Positions 1-36,100 of a stretch of 64,000 nucleotides of DNA are shown one piece after another. Source of the stretch: Chrysomallon squamiferum (Eukaryota; Animalia; Mollusca); contig CM022665.1 of assembly GCA_012295275.1 (NCBI GenBank), positions 14,074,001-14,138,000 of the forward strand, given 5' to 3'. Position numbers and translations under genes: made by a program. Below the pieces are notes generated by a model. The model had not been told where the DNA came from. It saw nothing but the letters and a program-made list of their open reading frames with translations, and ran no database searches. Position 1 is the stretch's first letter; every line of letters begins with the position of its first letter.

Positions 1-22639
<22,639 letters not shown>

Positions 22640-23458
22640 CTAATGCAAACAAACTTTCATCTGTGTGCTTTTTTTAAATATTTACATGACATTTATTAGT
22701 TCTTTATAAGAACTGGTATAAAAATAAATCCACATGTCAAAATGATTTGAAGACATTCTTTAAACATAAACCCCCAAAAAACAAAAAAACAACAACATGT
22801 ATTTGTCTGTTGTTTTGTTGTCATTATCTTATGAAAATGTTTGTGTAGAATTACAATCATTTTCATTAGAATTCTGAAATTAAAATTAATTTTCATGTCA
22901 ATATTTGATTATGAAATAAAGGCAACATGTAAGTTTAAATATTTTTTTTTTTTTTTTTTTTTACAATTCTATTATTTAATTAGGTAACAAATATAATTAA
23001 TTTCAAATCAAAATTTAAAAAAATTAGCAAATGTATTTTAATTTTTGCTTTATAATAATTTAATGTTTATTCAAAATATAATTTAGTAGGCATAACAAAA
23101 ATTTTATCATAGTTTTTAATTCAGTATATTTCAGAACCATTTCTAATATATTTGTCTACATCAATATATACTTATTGCTCTTTCCATTATTTATTTAGCC
23201 AAAACATTTTATTTTTATTTTCAAACAATGCTTATCTGTGATAATAATAAACTGCTGAATAAAATTATTAATATCAATTATATATTATTTGTATTGTTGT
23301 TTAATTGTGGTATTAAAGCCAAGTGCACATGTATATGTACTTTTGAAATCAAGAATATTCAGCAAATACAAAATGTCAAGAAGCATCTGTTTGTGCTGGA
23401 AAAAAAAAATGTCACTACTGTGTAGAATCCTGTCATTAATTGTGTGTACATGTGAAAG

Positions 23459-23497
<39 letters not shown>

Positions 23498-26400
23498 ATA
23501 AATGTACGCTATTGTCCTATTTTATTGTTGTGATATTTTACTCAAATTATACAAGACTTATTTAATCCAAATACTGTAATATTTTATTATATTCTGTACA
23601 ACTATCATTTTGCCAAAATTTTTAATAAAGCATGTTTGGTCTTAAAATTTTAGTTTTTGTTTCTGCTTTGTATTATAAATGGCAAGTAAAACTGATAAAC
23701 TCACATAATTTAGTCTCCGAGATCAATCCCTGTCAGTGATCCCTTGATGCACAATTTTTATTATTTTTTATTTTTTTTAATCATTATTTTTTAATATTTT
23801 TAAATGTAATTTTAGATTTGGTTGTCGAGTAAATAATTTTTTCATAACCCCCTTTATCCAGTTTACTATTAATGATTATTAGGTTCTATACATGTTCAGT
23901 TTTTTTATGTATGTATATATATATAGTGGAACTCCACTCAGCCTTGAATAAACCAGTTACATCCGTTATGTGAACTAGATAATATAAGCTACAGATACAG
24001 GTAACTAAGCTTCATTAGCACACTCACCTAAAGTATCTCAACTTAACAAGCATTTCACTGCTTTTTAATTATTTATTAGTGTATAAATGAGTTATTTTAA
24101 TTATTTTCACCAAAAAATATAAATAACAATATTATTTTTATCTTTGTGCTTAATGTTTGACATAGCAATACTATGTTTTTTTTTTTTTTTTAAATGGTTA
24201 AGTTTACATAACTGGGTGTTGCCAGTTGCTGCTATGTATGTAGAAAGTGGAATGTGATGTCACTTCTGTCAGTACTTCATTATATCATAATGATAATTGT
24301 TTAATATATGCAAGTAACAAAGGAATGAACTACTTCCTGTCAGTAATTAACACTAATCCAGTAGTTTGCAGTGCTAGATTTCTCTAGGTATTAATTAGTA
24401 AAGCTGATGCAGTGAACACTTTTATATACACCTTTTTTTTTAGAAACCGAGTACAATTACTTTTGCAGTGTAATTCCTAATAATTATGATTGCCTGAGAT
24501 TTTTTTACAAAGTAAAAAAAAGAACATTAAAAAAAACTTAGATTTCACAATTTCAAACCTGTTGTATTACAAATACAAATGAACGATTAGATTTATGAAT
24601 AATTTATTAATATTTTAAAAACAAAATTATAGTATAGTATTCACAAATCTTTGAAGAATAATTTTCATATTTATTACATAATATTTATTTATCAATTATC
24701 TATGAAAAGAAAAGAGTTTACAAATTTCTGAAAACATAATTATCTCAATAATAATATTTGAAAATGTCAACAAGTTCTACAATAAATCTAACTATTTCCT
24801 AATTAACATTTCAATTAGAGTACAACAGATTTTTGTGCAAACAATTCCAATTATTTGAAACATTAAACCTTTAACCCAATGGACACAACATAAAAATACG
24901 AAACTCAAAATCCAGATATATTTAGAAATCTTTGTTTTACCAAACTGTTTAAATATAATTCTAATCGAGAACAGACTGGCATGGTAATATTAAACAATTG
25001 ACTCTGACAGCAACAGACATTTTCAGTGTTTAGACTTTGTAGGAAATGTAAGTGATCAAAGAACGACTAAGTGGCTAGTATCAAAGTCCATGCAAAATAG
25101 CCAGAATTAATTAACAGAGAAAAATATACCATACTAAACAGAACAGAAAATAAACAAAACAAAACAAAATCTAGTTCCATTACCTAATGATAATGTAATT
25201 TAAATATTATGGTTATAACCAATTTTTTCAAACAAGACCAAAAAATTCACCTAATAATTTATAATGCTATGAATGTAATAATCATGCACAAGAAACAGCA
25301 ACTTATTTTTCCTAGTAATATCTTCCTGACATACACAAATAATTAAATGGTCAATATATATTTCTGATTTATAAAACAAAAAGATTTATTCACGTTTAGT
25401 TGGCATTAATGTTAATAATCCTTGCAGACATATAAAAAATAAAATGGTAAAGAAAAAGAAAGAGTAGAATAAAGGTCACACTTAATCAGAAATGAATAAA
25501 ATTATTATAAAAGTGAAAATTTATGAAAACTGTTACGGTCAGGGTCATCAAAACAGATTTTTCAAACTTGCGTACAACTTCATCTACTAATATTTAAAAA
25601 AACAACAACTAGAATGAAATCCTCATTTCGAAGAAAGACGGCTATTATAAATCTCCATTAAAAGAATACTTGATTTACTGATTAAAGTTGTAATTTGCAT
25701 CAATGGGTACAAAACAACAACAAAAAATCAAATGAAATTATAAATACTTGTTTTTACATCATTTTTCTCAATCAAGTGACAATACTGTTCTTTAAGAATT
25801 CAACATCCTAAGAAATGTTATTCCAAACAGTCACTTTCATTAAGCAAATAAATTTTAACAACAAATAGTAGTGTACTTAATTCTTGGCCATAACAGAACA
25901 ATTTGGACTGTCTTGTCCACATTAAAAATTTCCAATCTGGAAAATGTGTAAAATGACCACAGACCAAATTAAAATGTGGAATCTGATGTAGCAAAATTAC
26001 TCAATAATTTTACAGATAAAACTCAGACAATTTTAAAAATATAGATGAAACCTCCTTTAAGCAAACAATAATAGTAGGGTTAAAAAAAAAGAATTTCTCA
26101 ATAGTGGTAAAATAAACAACAAGGAAGCAGAAGGGGGGAAAAAACAACTGGGGAAATCTGACCTTTAATCACAAATTTTACTTTGTAAATTAAATCACTG
26201 AAGTTAACAATATCCACAAAGCACGACTGAATTTGAACTAATAATTTTACACTTTGTCAGTGACATGATTCCACAAGTTTTAACTAAATCCATTACACTT
26301 TGCAACATATAAATCTCATGGACATTATAATAATTTGCATGCCAAATAAAATTTCCTTCCACTCTGTGAAGGGAAAGATGTCTTCTGTCAGTTAATAGAT

Positions 26401-26991
26401 TTTCATTAAAATCCAAAATCCATGTATTTGGAATCAAAATTTAACATTTTAATACACACTTCATAAAGGTCTTGTAATACATTAAGTAAAAATCAGTGTA
26501 CAAATATTTACTGACTGGTTATTATCCGATTTATAACAATACCTTTATTTTTACAATTTCATTTTTCAGCCTACCCATTTGTTTTCAGAATTTTATGAGT
26601 AATGGTATTCTATTAACTTGGATTTTGCTGAAGGATAAATGATCAGTTGGGGTACCTTGACCATGCCATTACAACTACTTTGATAAACAATGAACATACA
26701 AACTACCAACATAAAATATAATACATTTTTTTATAAATGTGTTGATACTAACATGATGATATAATAAAATGACAAAATCAGCTATATATAACTAAGACTA
26801 AGAAGTGCAAAATAAATCTGAAAATTTTACATGTACATATACATTTGATTAACAAATCCTTACTAGTTTAAAAACCTTTTCTAAAAAGGAATTAATGCCA
26901 GAGGCAATATCTGCAAAGTTGTGAGCTGTCACCATTTACAAATAATCATAACTTTGATAAATTCTTATAAGCAGCATTTGTATTAAAAATG

Positions 26992-27147
26992 TCAGTCGTC
27001 AAACTTTATGGAGTGTACTGAGGTGTCAATAAGTCCTCCCCTGTAACTTCCTCGTTTCTTCTTGGTCTTCTCATGTCGGAAACTCTTTCCCTTTGTGTAT
27101 TTCAAATCTTTATTGGCTTTCTCACCCCATGAACCAAAAGCTCCACT
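26992..27147 (-). CDS. NOLC1: NOLC1 terminal exon (SRP40 C-terminal domain)
   Basis: tttcag acceptor then [51 protein letters not shown], the diagnostic Nopp140/Srp40 C-terminus. Confidence 0.96.
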   Translation of the reverse strand, partial: SGAFGSWGEKANKDLKYTKGKSFRHEKTKKKRGSYRGGLIDTSVHSIKFDD

Positions 27148-30100
27148 CTGAAAATAGTTTTTAAAAGTTAGTTATACTCAAATCATAAAATAATAACCGG
27201 TATAAATGTAAGAAATAATATAATAAAATTAATAAATTAAATAAATCAAAGTCAAAATTGTACTCTGAATAATTTATTTTAGTTACTGAATAGTCAAAAC
27301 CTCCAATTTTTCAAAATACAGCAAATCAAAGTTTAGAGTACTGCTGAAAAGTTATTGTACTGATAATATCATTACATATAATTACTAGTAATGACTGATT
27401 TATTTATTCTCTCTCATAGGGAAATAAAAAAGTTACACTAATCATTTTAATTACTGGATGTTGAAACTGACTCGTATTATAATAAACAGTTCTAAAATTT
27501 AATAAAATTTAAGTTCTAAAAATAAGAATACATAAAAGAAAACATTTGAACATGTGAATACATTTTATTTATTTCTCAGAACATCACATTTTCAGTTACA
27601 TGAAGATAAACATTACAGAGCAAAAAAAAAACATGAACATTAAAACAAAGACTTACATAATGTGATTTTAACATATATTTGTTAATATAAGCTAAAAAGA
27701 AATGTGCCAATTTAAATTTAAAAGCGTTCAACCAACCAATCCATTCTAAAATACAAGGCAAGCATTCCTTTGTGCTTCAGCCGTATTTACAATACACCAA
27801 TGTTAATAAAACCAAAATGTTCCCAGTTCTACAGATATTTAATATGACATTAAAAAGTTCAACCTCTAACATCAGTTATTCACTGACCTACTCTATGATT
27901 GTCATGTGTATTTTTTTTTTTTTCCTTTGTTTTAAACTGTTAAATTATCTCTGTCAAATAATTTATAGCCAATTACAGAATTTTAGGGTTGAATCTAAAA
28001 ATATAAACTTAAACTATCAAAAATATTATTTAACAATAATAATAACTGTAAAAAATAATAATACTCTAAGAAGAAAAACTCAGGAATACTTTTCTTATCC
28101 ATCATCAGCTATGAAACATGAAGAAAGAGATTCAACCATTTTATCATAAAACACCTGGGTTGCTTTAACATTAAGATGTATTCCATCAGAAAGAAATATA
28201 TCACTGTTCATTTCTTTAATCCATGCCAATCCATCTTTATCTGTCCCAATTCTAATATCTTCTTGGCAATAATAACATTTTCATCAACAGCAATCTGAGC
28301 AAAAAATTCTGGTTCAAATTTGCTTTGTTTTGTATTTTTCCTAGGAAAAACTGATCCTACTATTACATTCTTAATCCCACTATCATGTAATTTATCAGCA
28401 ATATCCAAGATTCCTGTAGCAAGGGTAACAGCATCTGTGTTGGCATCAATATCATTACCACCAATCTGCAGGTATACATTTGTAGGGTACAGTTCAATAA
28501 CTTTTGTCAGCTGTTTCTTCACCCAGGAAAGTTGAGCACCACCGTGATGTATCCATTTTGTTGGTAAAAAAACCCCATCATTTTATTAGATAAAAATAAA
28601 AAGTAATAAATTTGTAGGAAACCTTTACCTTAGCTTCAAAAGAATTGTTACTCAGTCTTGGATCAACCTCTATAGTTTCTGCAGTGATTCTGCGAAAAGG
28701 GGTAGGTGGTGTCTTTGATGCCTTTTTCTGAAAATCCATTAAAAATACAAACAACAGATTAAACTATAAAATATTAAATTACTGACAGTCATCAAACAAT
28801 ATAGTGGGTTAAAAAAAAAAAAAAAAAATTAAAGGTATTATGGAACTCATAAGGAACACAAATGATCTAAAATGAAAGGGTCGAAACAAAATCTGGTTTA
28901 TAAAAGACATGAGAACAGCGTAAAGAAAACAGAACACATTTAAAACGTTACACATAAATTTCAACAATGACATAAGGGCTAACACTTCCAAAATATCTCA
29001 ATAAAATTTACTTTTTCAAATTTGATTTTTTTTGTTTGTTTTTTGAGAAACCAGGTAAATGATGCATTCTTTTTGTTAAACTGCTGGTAATATATTTTTA
29101 AAAGCTATTAATAGTATTAGGAACACCCATTTATACAAACCTTAGAGTTGCTATTAACATTGGCTGGTGTTGTTGGAGCAGAAAATGATTTCTGTGGTGT
29201 CTGCAAATTTTGGAAATTTCCATTAGTGTCTATGTAGCTTTTGGAGTGCAGCTTGCTTGTTTTATTTCCATTCATATTACTATCTGATTCACTAGAATTT
29301 TCTGAACTACTGGACACTTTACTGGAATGTTTCTCTGATGATGTGTTCAACTTGTGATTGTTTGTCAATGGTGAATCTGCACTATTGATAATTTTCTTTT
29401 TTTTGTTATTAATGTCAGAATCAGAAGAACTTTCAGAAGAATCATGCTTCCTTTTCTTAGAAAAAGATGTGTTAATGTTTGATTTCTGTTGTGATATATT
29501 CACAATGTTATTAATGTCCATTTTCATTTTCTTTTGAGAATGTTTCCCAGAAGATTTTTTATTGTCAATTTCACATTCAGAATCACTTGAATTATCAGAA
29601 TTACTAGACACTTTTTTTCTTTTTGCGGACTTTACAAGAGTAAACTGTGTTCTTGTCACCTGTGGTTGACCTTTTTTGGGTGATTTTGCTGTTTCATCCT
29701 CAGAATCACTTGAACTTTCTGAACTGCTGGACTCTTCCTTTTTCTTTACTTGGACAAGTTGAGTTTGAGGTGTTTTTTTAAGTGGGGTTCCTGGTTTAAC
29801 TCGATTCTTTTTAGAGTTACCTTCAGAATCACTAGAACTTTCAGAACTACTGGAATCGTCTTCTTTCTTAGATTTCTTTGTTATCTCACCTATAGATTTT
29901 GTTGGAGGTGTTTTTTTAACTGGGGTGATTTTTGCTGTTGGTGTGACGGGCTTAACAGGTTTTTCTGCTGTCTTACCATCATCTGATTCACTAGAACTGT
30001 CTGAGCTACTAGAATAATCCTTCCTTTTTTTCAATACAGATTTCACTAGAGACGTTTTCAAAGTGGTAGTTGCAGGTTTAATAGATTTTATTGAAGATGT

Positions 30101-33100
30101 TTTATCAGCTGTTGGTGTTGCTGGCTTCATCCTTTTTTTCACAGATTTTGATTTTTTTTTCTTCTGATTGTTTTTTCTTCTTCTGAACTAGAACTATCAG
30201 AACTGCTAGAATCATCCTTTTTCTTCATGGGTACAGATTTTGCTGGGGGTGTTTTAGCTGTTGGTGTTGCTGGCTTTTTCACTCTTTTTTCTTCTTCTGA
30301 TTCACTAGAACTATCAGAACTGCTAGAATCATCCTTTTTCTTCAGGGGTACAGATTTTGCTGGGGGTGTTTTAGCTGTTGGTGTTGCTGGCTTTTTCACT
30401 GTTTCCTCTTCTTCTGATTCACTTGAACTATCAGAGCTGCTAGATTCATCCTTTTTCTTCAGGGGTACAGATTTTGCTGTAGGTGTTTTAGCTGTTGGTG
30501 TTGCTGGCTTTTTCACTGTTTTTTCTTTTTCTGATTCACTAGAACTATCAGAACTGCTAGAATCATCTTTTTTCTTCAGGGGTACAGATTTTGCTGGAGG
30601 TGTTTTAGCTGCTGGTGTTGCTGGCTTTTTCACTCTTTTTTCTTCTTCCGATTCACTTGAACTATCAGAACTGCTAGAATCATCTTTTTTCTTCATGGGT
30701 ACAGATTTTGCTGGAGGTGTTTTAGCTGCTGGTGTTGCTGGCTTTTTCACTCTTTTTTCTTCTTCTGATTCACTATAACTATCAGAACTGCTAGAATCAT
30801 CTTTTTTCTTCATGGGTACAGATTTTGCTGGAGGTGTTTTAGCTGCTGGTGTTGCTGGCTTTTTCACTCTTTTTTCTTCTTCTGATTCACTAGAACTATC
30901 AGAACTGCTAGAATCATCCTTTTTCTTCAGGGGTACAGATTTTGCTGGAGGTGTTTTAGCTGCTGGTGTTGCTGGCTTTTTCACTGTTTTCTCTTCTTCT
31001 GATTCACTTGAACTATCAGAACTGCTAGAATCATTCTTTTTCTTTATGGGTACAGATTTTGCTGGAGGTGTTTTAGCTGTTGGTGTTGCTGGCTTTTTCA
31101 CTGTTTTTTCTTCTTCTGATTCACTTGAACTATCAGAACTGCTAGAATCATCCTTTTTCTTTATGGGTACAGATTTTGCTGGAGGTGTTTTAGCTGTTGG
31201 TGTTGCTGGCTTTTTCACTGTTTTTTCTTCTTCTGATTCACTAGAACTATCAGAGCTGCTAGAATCATTCTTTCTCTTCAGGGTTACAGATTTCACTGGA
31301 GATGTTTTATGTAATGGAGTGGTGGTCTTTTTTACTGTTTTTTCTTCTTCCGATTCACTCGAACTATCAGAGCTGCTAGAATCATTCTTTTTCTTCATGG
31401 GTACAGATTTTGCTGGAGGTGTTTTAGCTGCTGGTGTTGCTGGCTTTTTCACTCTTTTTTCTTCTTCTGATTCACTTGAACTATCAGAACTACTAGAATC
31501 ATCCTTTTTCTTCAGGGGTACAGATTTTGCTGGAGGTGTTTTAGCTGCTGGTGTTGCTGGCTTTTTCACTCTTTTTTCTTCTTCTGATTCACTTGAACTA
31601 TCAGAGCTGCTAGAATCATTTTTCTTCAGGGGTACAGATTTTGCTGGAGGTGTTTTAGCTGTTGGTGTTGCTGGCTTTTTCACTGTTTTTTCTTCTTCTG
31701 ATTCACTTGAACTATCAGAACTGCTAGAATCATTTTTCTTCAGGGGTACAGATTTTGCTGGAGGTGTTTGAGCTGCTGGTGTTGCTGGCTTTTTCACTCT
31801 TTTTTCTTCTTCCGATTCACTTGAACTATCAGAACTGCTAGAATCATCCTTTTTCTTCAGGGGTACAGATTTTGATGGAGGTGTTTTAGCTGCTGGTGTT
31901 GCTGGCTTTTTTTCACTCTTTTTTTTTCTTCTTCTGATTCACTAGAACTATCAGAACTGCTAGAATCATCCTTTTTCTTCAGGGGTACAGATTTTGATGG
32001 AGGTGTTTTAGCTGCTGGTGTTGCTGGCTTTTTCACTCTTTTTTCTTCTTCCGATTCACTTGAACTATCAGAACTGCTAGAATCATCCTTTTTCTTCAGG
32101 GGTACAGATTTTGCTGGAGGTGTTTTAGCTGCTGGTGTTGCTGGCTTTTTCACTCTTTTTTCTTCTTCTGATTCACTAGAACTATCAGAACTGCTAGAAT
32201 CATCTTTTTTCTTCAGGGGTACAGATTTTGCTGGAGGTGTTTTAGCTGCTGGTGTTGCTGGCTTTTTCACTGTTTTTTCTTCTTCTGATTCACTAGAACT
32301 ATCAGAACTGCTAGAATCATCTTTTTTTTCTTCAGGGGTACAGATTTTGCTGGAGGTGTTTTAGCTGCTGGTGTTGCTGGCTTTTTCACTGTTTTTTCTT
32401 CTTCTGATTCACTAGAACTATCAGAACTGCTAGAATCATCCTTTTTCTTCAGGGGTACAGATTTTGCTGGGGGTGTTTTATGTAATGGAGTGGTGGTCTT
32501 TTTTACTGTTTTCTCTTCTTCTGATTCACTTGAACTATCAGAACTGCTAGAATCATTCTTTTTCTTCATGGGTACAGATTTTGCTGGAGGTGTTTTAGCT
32601 GCTGGTGTTGCTGGCTTTTTCACTCTTTTTTCTTCTTCTGATTCACTAGAACTATCAGAGCTGCTAGAATCATCCTTTTTCTTCAGGGGTATAGATTTTG
32701 CTGGGGGTGTTTTAGTTGCTGGTGTTGCTCGCTTTTTCACTGTTTTTCCTTGTTCCGATTCACTAGAACTATCAGAGCTGCTAGAATCATTCTTTTTCTT
32801 CAGGGTTACAGATTTTGCTGGAGGTGTTTTAGCTGCTGGTGTTGCTGGCTTTTTCACGATTTTTTCTTTTTCTGATTCACTAGAGCTATCAGAGCTGCTA
32901 GAATCATCCTTTTTCTTCAGGGGTACAGATTTTGCTGGAGGTGTTTTAGCTGCTGGTGTTGCTGGCTTTTTCACTGTTTTTTCTTCTTCTGATTCACTTG
33001 AACTGTCAGAGCTGCTAGAATCATCCTTTTTCTTCAGGGGTATAGATTTTGCTGGGGGTGTTTTAGTTGCTGGTGTGGTTTGCTTTTTCACGATTTTTTC

Positions 33101-36100
33101 TTTTTCTGATTCACTAGAACTATCAGAACTGCTAGAATCATCCTTTTTCTTCAGGGGTACAGATTTTGCTGGGGGTGTTTTGGTTGCTGGTGTTGCTGGC
33201 TTTTTCACTGTTTTTTCTTCTTCTGATTCACTAGAACTATCAGAACTGCTAGAATCATCTTTTTTCTTCAGGGGTACAGATTTTGCTGGGGGTGTTTTAG
33301 CTGTTGGTGTTGCTGGCTTTTTCACTGTTTTTTCTTCTTCTGATTCACTTGAACTGTCAGAGCTGCTAGAATCATCCTTTTTCTTCAGGGGTATAGATTT
33401 TGCTGGTGTTGCTGGCTTTTTCACTCTTTTTTCTTCTTCTGATTCACTAGAACTATCAGAACTGCTAGAATCATCTTTTTTCTTCAGGGGTACAGATTTT
33501 GCTGGGGTGTTTTGGTTGCTGGTGTTGCTGGCTTTTTTTCACTGTTTTTTTTCTTCTTCTGATTCACTAGAACTATCAGAACTGCTAGAATCATCCTTTT
33601 TCTTCAGGGGTACAGATTTTGCTGGGGGTGTTTTATGTAATGGAGTGGTGATCTTTTTTACTGTTTTCTCTTCTTCCGATTCACTTGAACTATCAGAACT
33701 GCTAGAATCATTCTTTTTCTTTATGGGTACAGATTTTGCTGGAGGTGTTTTAGCTGTTGGTGTTGCTGGCTTTTTCACTGTTTTTTCTTCTTCTGATTCA
33801 CTAGAACTATCAGAGCTGCTAGAATCATCCTTTTTCTTCAGGGGTACAGATTTTGCTGGAGGTGTTTTAGCTGCTGGTGTTGCTGGCTTTTTCACTGTTT
33901 TTTCTTCTTCTGATTCACTAGAACTATCAGAACTGCTAGAATCATCCTTTTTCTTCAGGGGTACAGATTTTGCTGGGGGTGTTTTATGTAATGGAGTGGT
34001 GGTCTTTTTCATCACTGGTACATATTTCTCAGTTTGTGTTGAAGATTTCTTTATAGTTATTTCTTCTTCAGAATCACTAGAACTGTCAGAATTAGAATTA
34101 TCCTTTTTCTTAGATGAAGCAGATAGTTCTTGAGGTATTTTTCCTGCTAGAGTTAGTTTAATAGATGTTTTTGCTATTTGCTCATCATCAGAATCACTTG
34201 AACTATATGAACTGCTTGAATCATTCTTTTTGGCTGAAGCAGATTTTGCTGGAAGTGTTTTTGCTGTTTGTGTTGCAGGCTTTTTAACCATTTTTTCTTT
34301 TTCAGATTCACTGGAGCTATCAGAGCTACTAGATTTGTTACTACTCTTCATTTCTATGTGTGCAGATGGTGGGACTGCTGCACCAGAATTCTTTGGTCGG
34401 GCATTTATCCGAACATTATTTGTCACAGATTTGATCATTCTTAATTTTTCACCTGCTGCAAATTAAAATTATTCACTTAAAAATTATATTAGATTTCTAA
34501 AAATATTATATGTCAGATAAATAGTCATCTGATAAGGAAAAAGTATAAAAAACTAACATTTTTCATTTCTGGACCAATAAAACAACAAAAATAAAATGAA
34601 AATGTTCAAACAATAAAACAGTTTAAGGTAACTTGACTTTTAATATATGAGAAAAGCAACTAATAAAATAATTACTCAAAATATTTTTTCTTATTTAATC
34701 CTACTTACAAGATTTGTTCTTTAGTGCAGTCTCTTTCTCACTTTCTGAACTTGAATCCGAGTCAGAATCAGATGTTCCACTGGATTGATGTCCATTAGCA
34801 GGCTTTGTAAGTTTGTTCTTTGTTGACAACTTTGTTTCATCAGAATCACTTAATTTTAAAAATAAAAACAATACAAAAAAACAATTAACCAATAAAATAA
34901 GTGTTAAAGTAATAGAAACTGTTTGAAAACAATAAATTTTAGTCATTTTATCTTAGGTAACAATAATAAATATTAAATTGTAATTTTTTTAATCATTGGC
35001 TAACAGGAATCATCTTAATTGTTCAATTTATACTTTTTTTTTTACATATCTCATCACAACATGTATACACATTCCTGCTCATTGGAAGATGTCTGCAGAT
35101 GATGTTATGCAAATCCAGTAATATATAACAAAGCAGTTACATATTTCCATATATTTATATGTATATAATAAACACAATTTTTTTTTTTAAATAAATAAAT
35201 AAACATAATACAAATAAGAATTACAAAACATACCTGGAATCAGAAGATGATTCCTTTTTCTTCCGTTTCTTTACAACAGGCCGATCACCTTGCCCCATAT
35301 CAACAGTTCTATTTAAAAAATAATGCATTATCAAAAGAATTAAGAATAAATTTCTTACAAGTTGTTTGTATTATTTTTTTTTAAATACTTGCCATTTATA
35401 TGGGCTGTGTTTTTTCTTTACCTTTGATGTAATAAAAAAATATATTTATTAGTAATGAGGATTTTCTTAGGATTAAATAACTGTAGCAAAATTGCTGTTA
35501 AGTTACGTTTTCTACAGAGCCATATCACCATAGATTTTATGTACAACTTGAAAGGACTGGCACTGTTTAAAATGAATATATTTATATGTTGTTTACATTT
35601 TTAATAACTTGTTGGCTGTATGTTTTTCTTCAATGTTCCTACTTTTAGAGTATACATTAAACAGTGGTCTCCCCAGCATTTACGAGCGGGATGGAGGGAA
35701 TTGGCATTACTGGTACAAGTTAAATGAAGAGATGGTACAGAAAATGTTCAGGGTACAAGTACTTTGAACACTCAAATTACTTGTGTCAAAAATACTCCTA
35801 TAAATAATTGCATCAAATGCATTAACAAGTTTATTTTACTAGCAATTAAATAAAATCAAAGTGTCTGTTTAATTTATTATACAAAATAACAGCCAGTCTA
35901 AATAAACAGGTGGCAGATATTGCTACTGTTGCCGATGAATGGCAGACGAATTGGTAAGCAAAAGGGATGGTGGGCCCACCGTATCTTACACCATAAATGT
36001 AGTGAGACCTCTGATTATAACACGTGCATAGTGAAATCAGCGTAAACTGTTTCCTACCAGGCCAAATCGCCATAGATATTATGTGCAATTAAAAAGAACT

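Noticed and set aside
23463-23494. 32-nt A run as a retrocopy tail
   Set aside because: No TSD or upstream intronless gene; similar A/T runs occur throughout the window.
30170-34010. CRISPR-like or non-coding satellite interpretation of the array
   Set aside because: No unique spacers, the unit is a multiple of 3, and it lies in frame within a spliced eukaryotic gene.
30227-34133. Long plus-strand hydrophobic repeat ORFs ([18 protein letters not shown]...) resembling a membrane or structural protein
   Set aside because: They are the antisense shadow of the NOLC1 repeat; one stop-free unit yields a long ORF automatically, and there is no promoter or splice support.
35045-35060. C-box GTGATGA on the minus strand in NOLC1 intron 2
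   Set aside because: No intronic D box (CTGA) at a suitable distance and no terminal stem.
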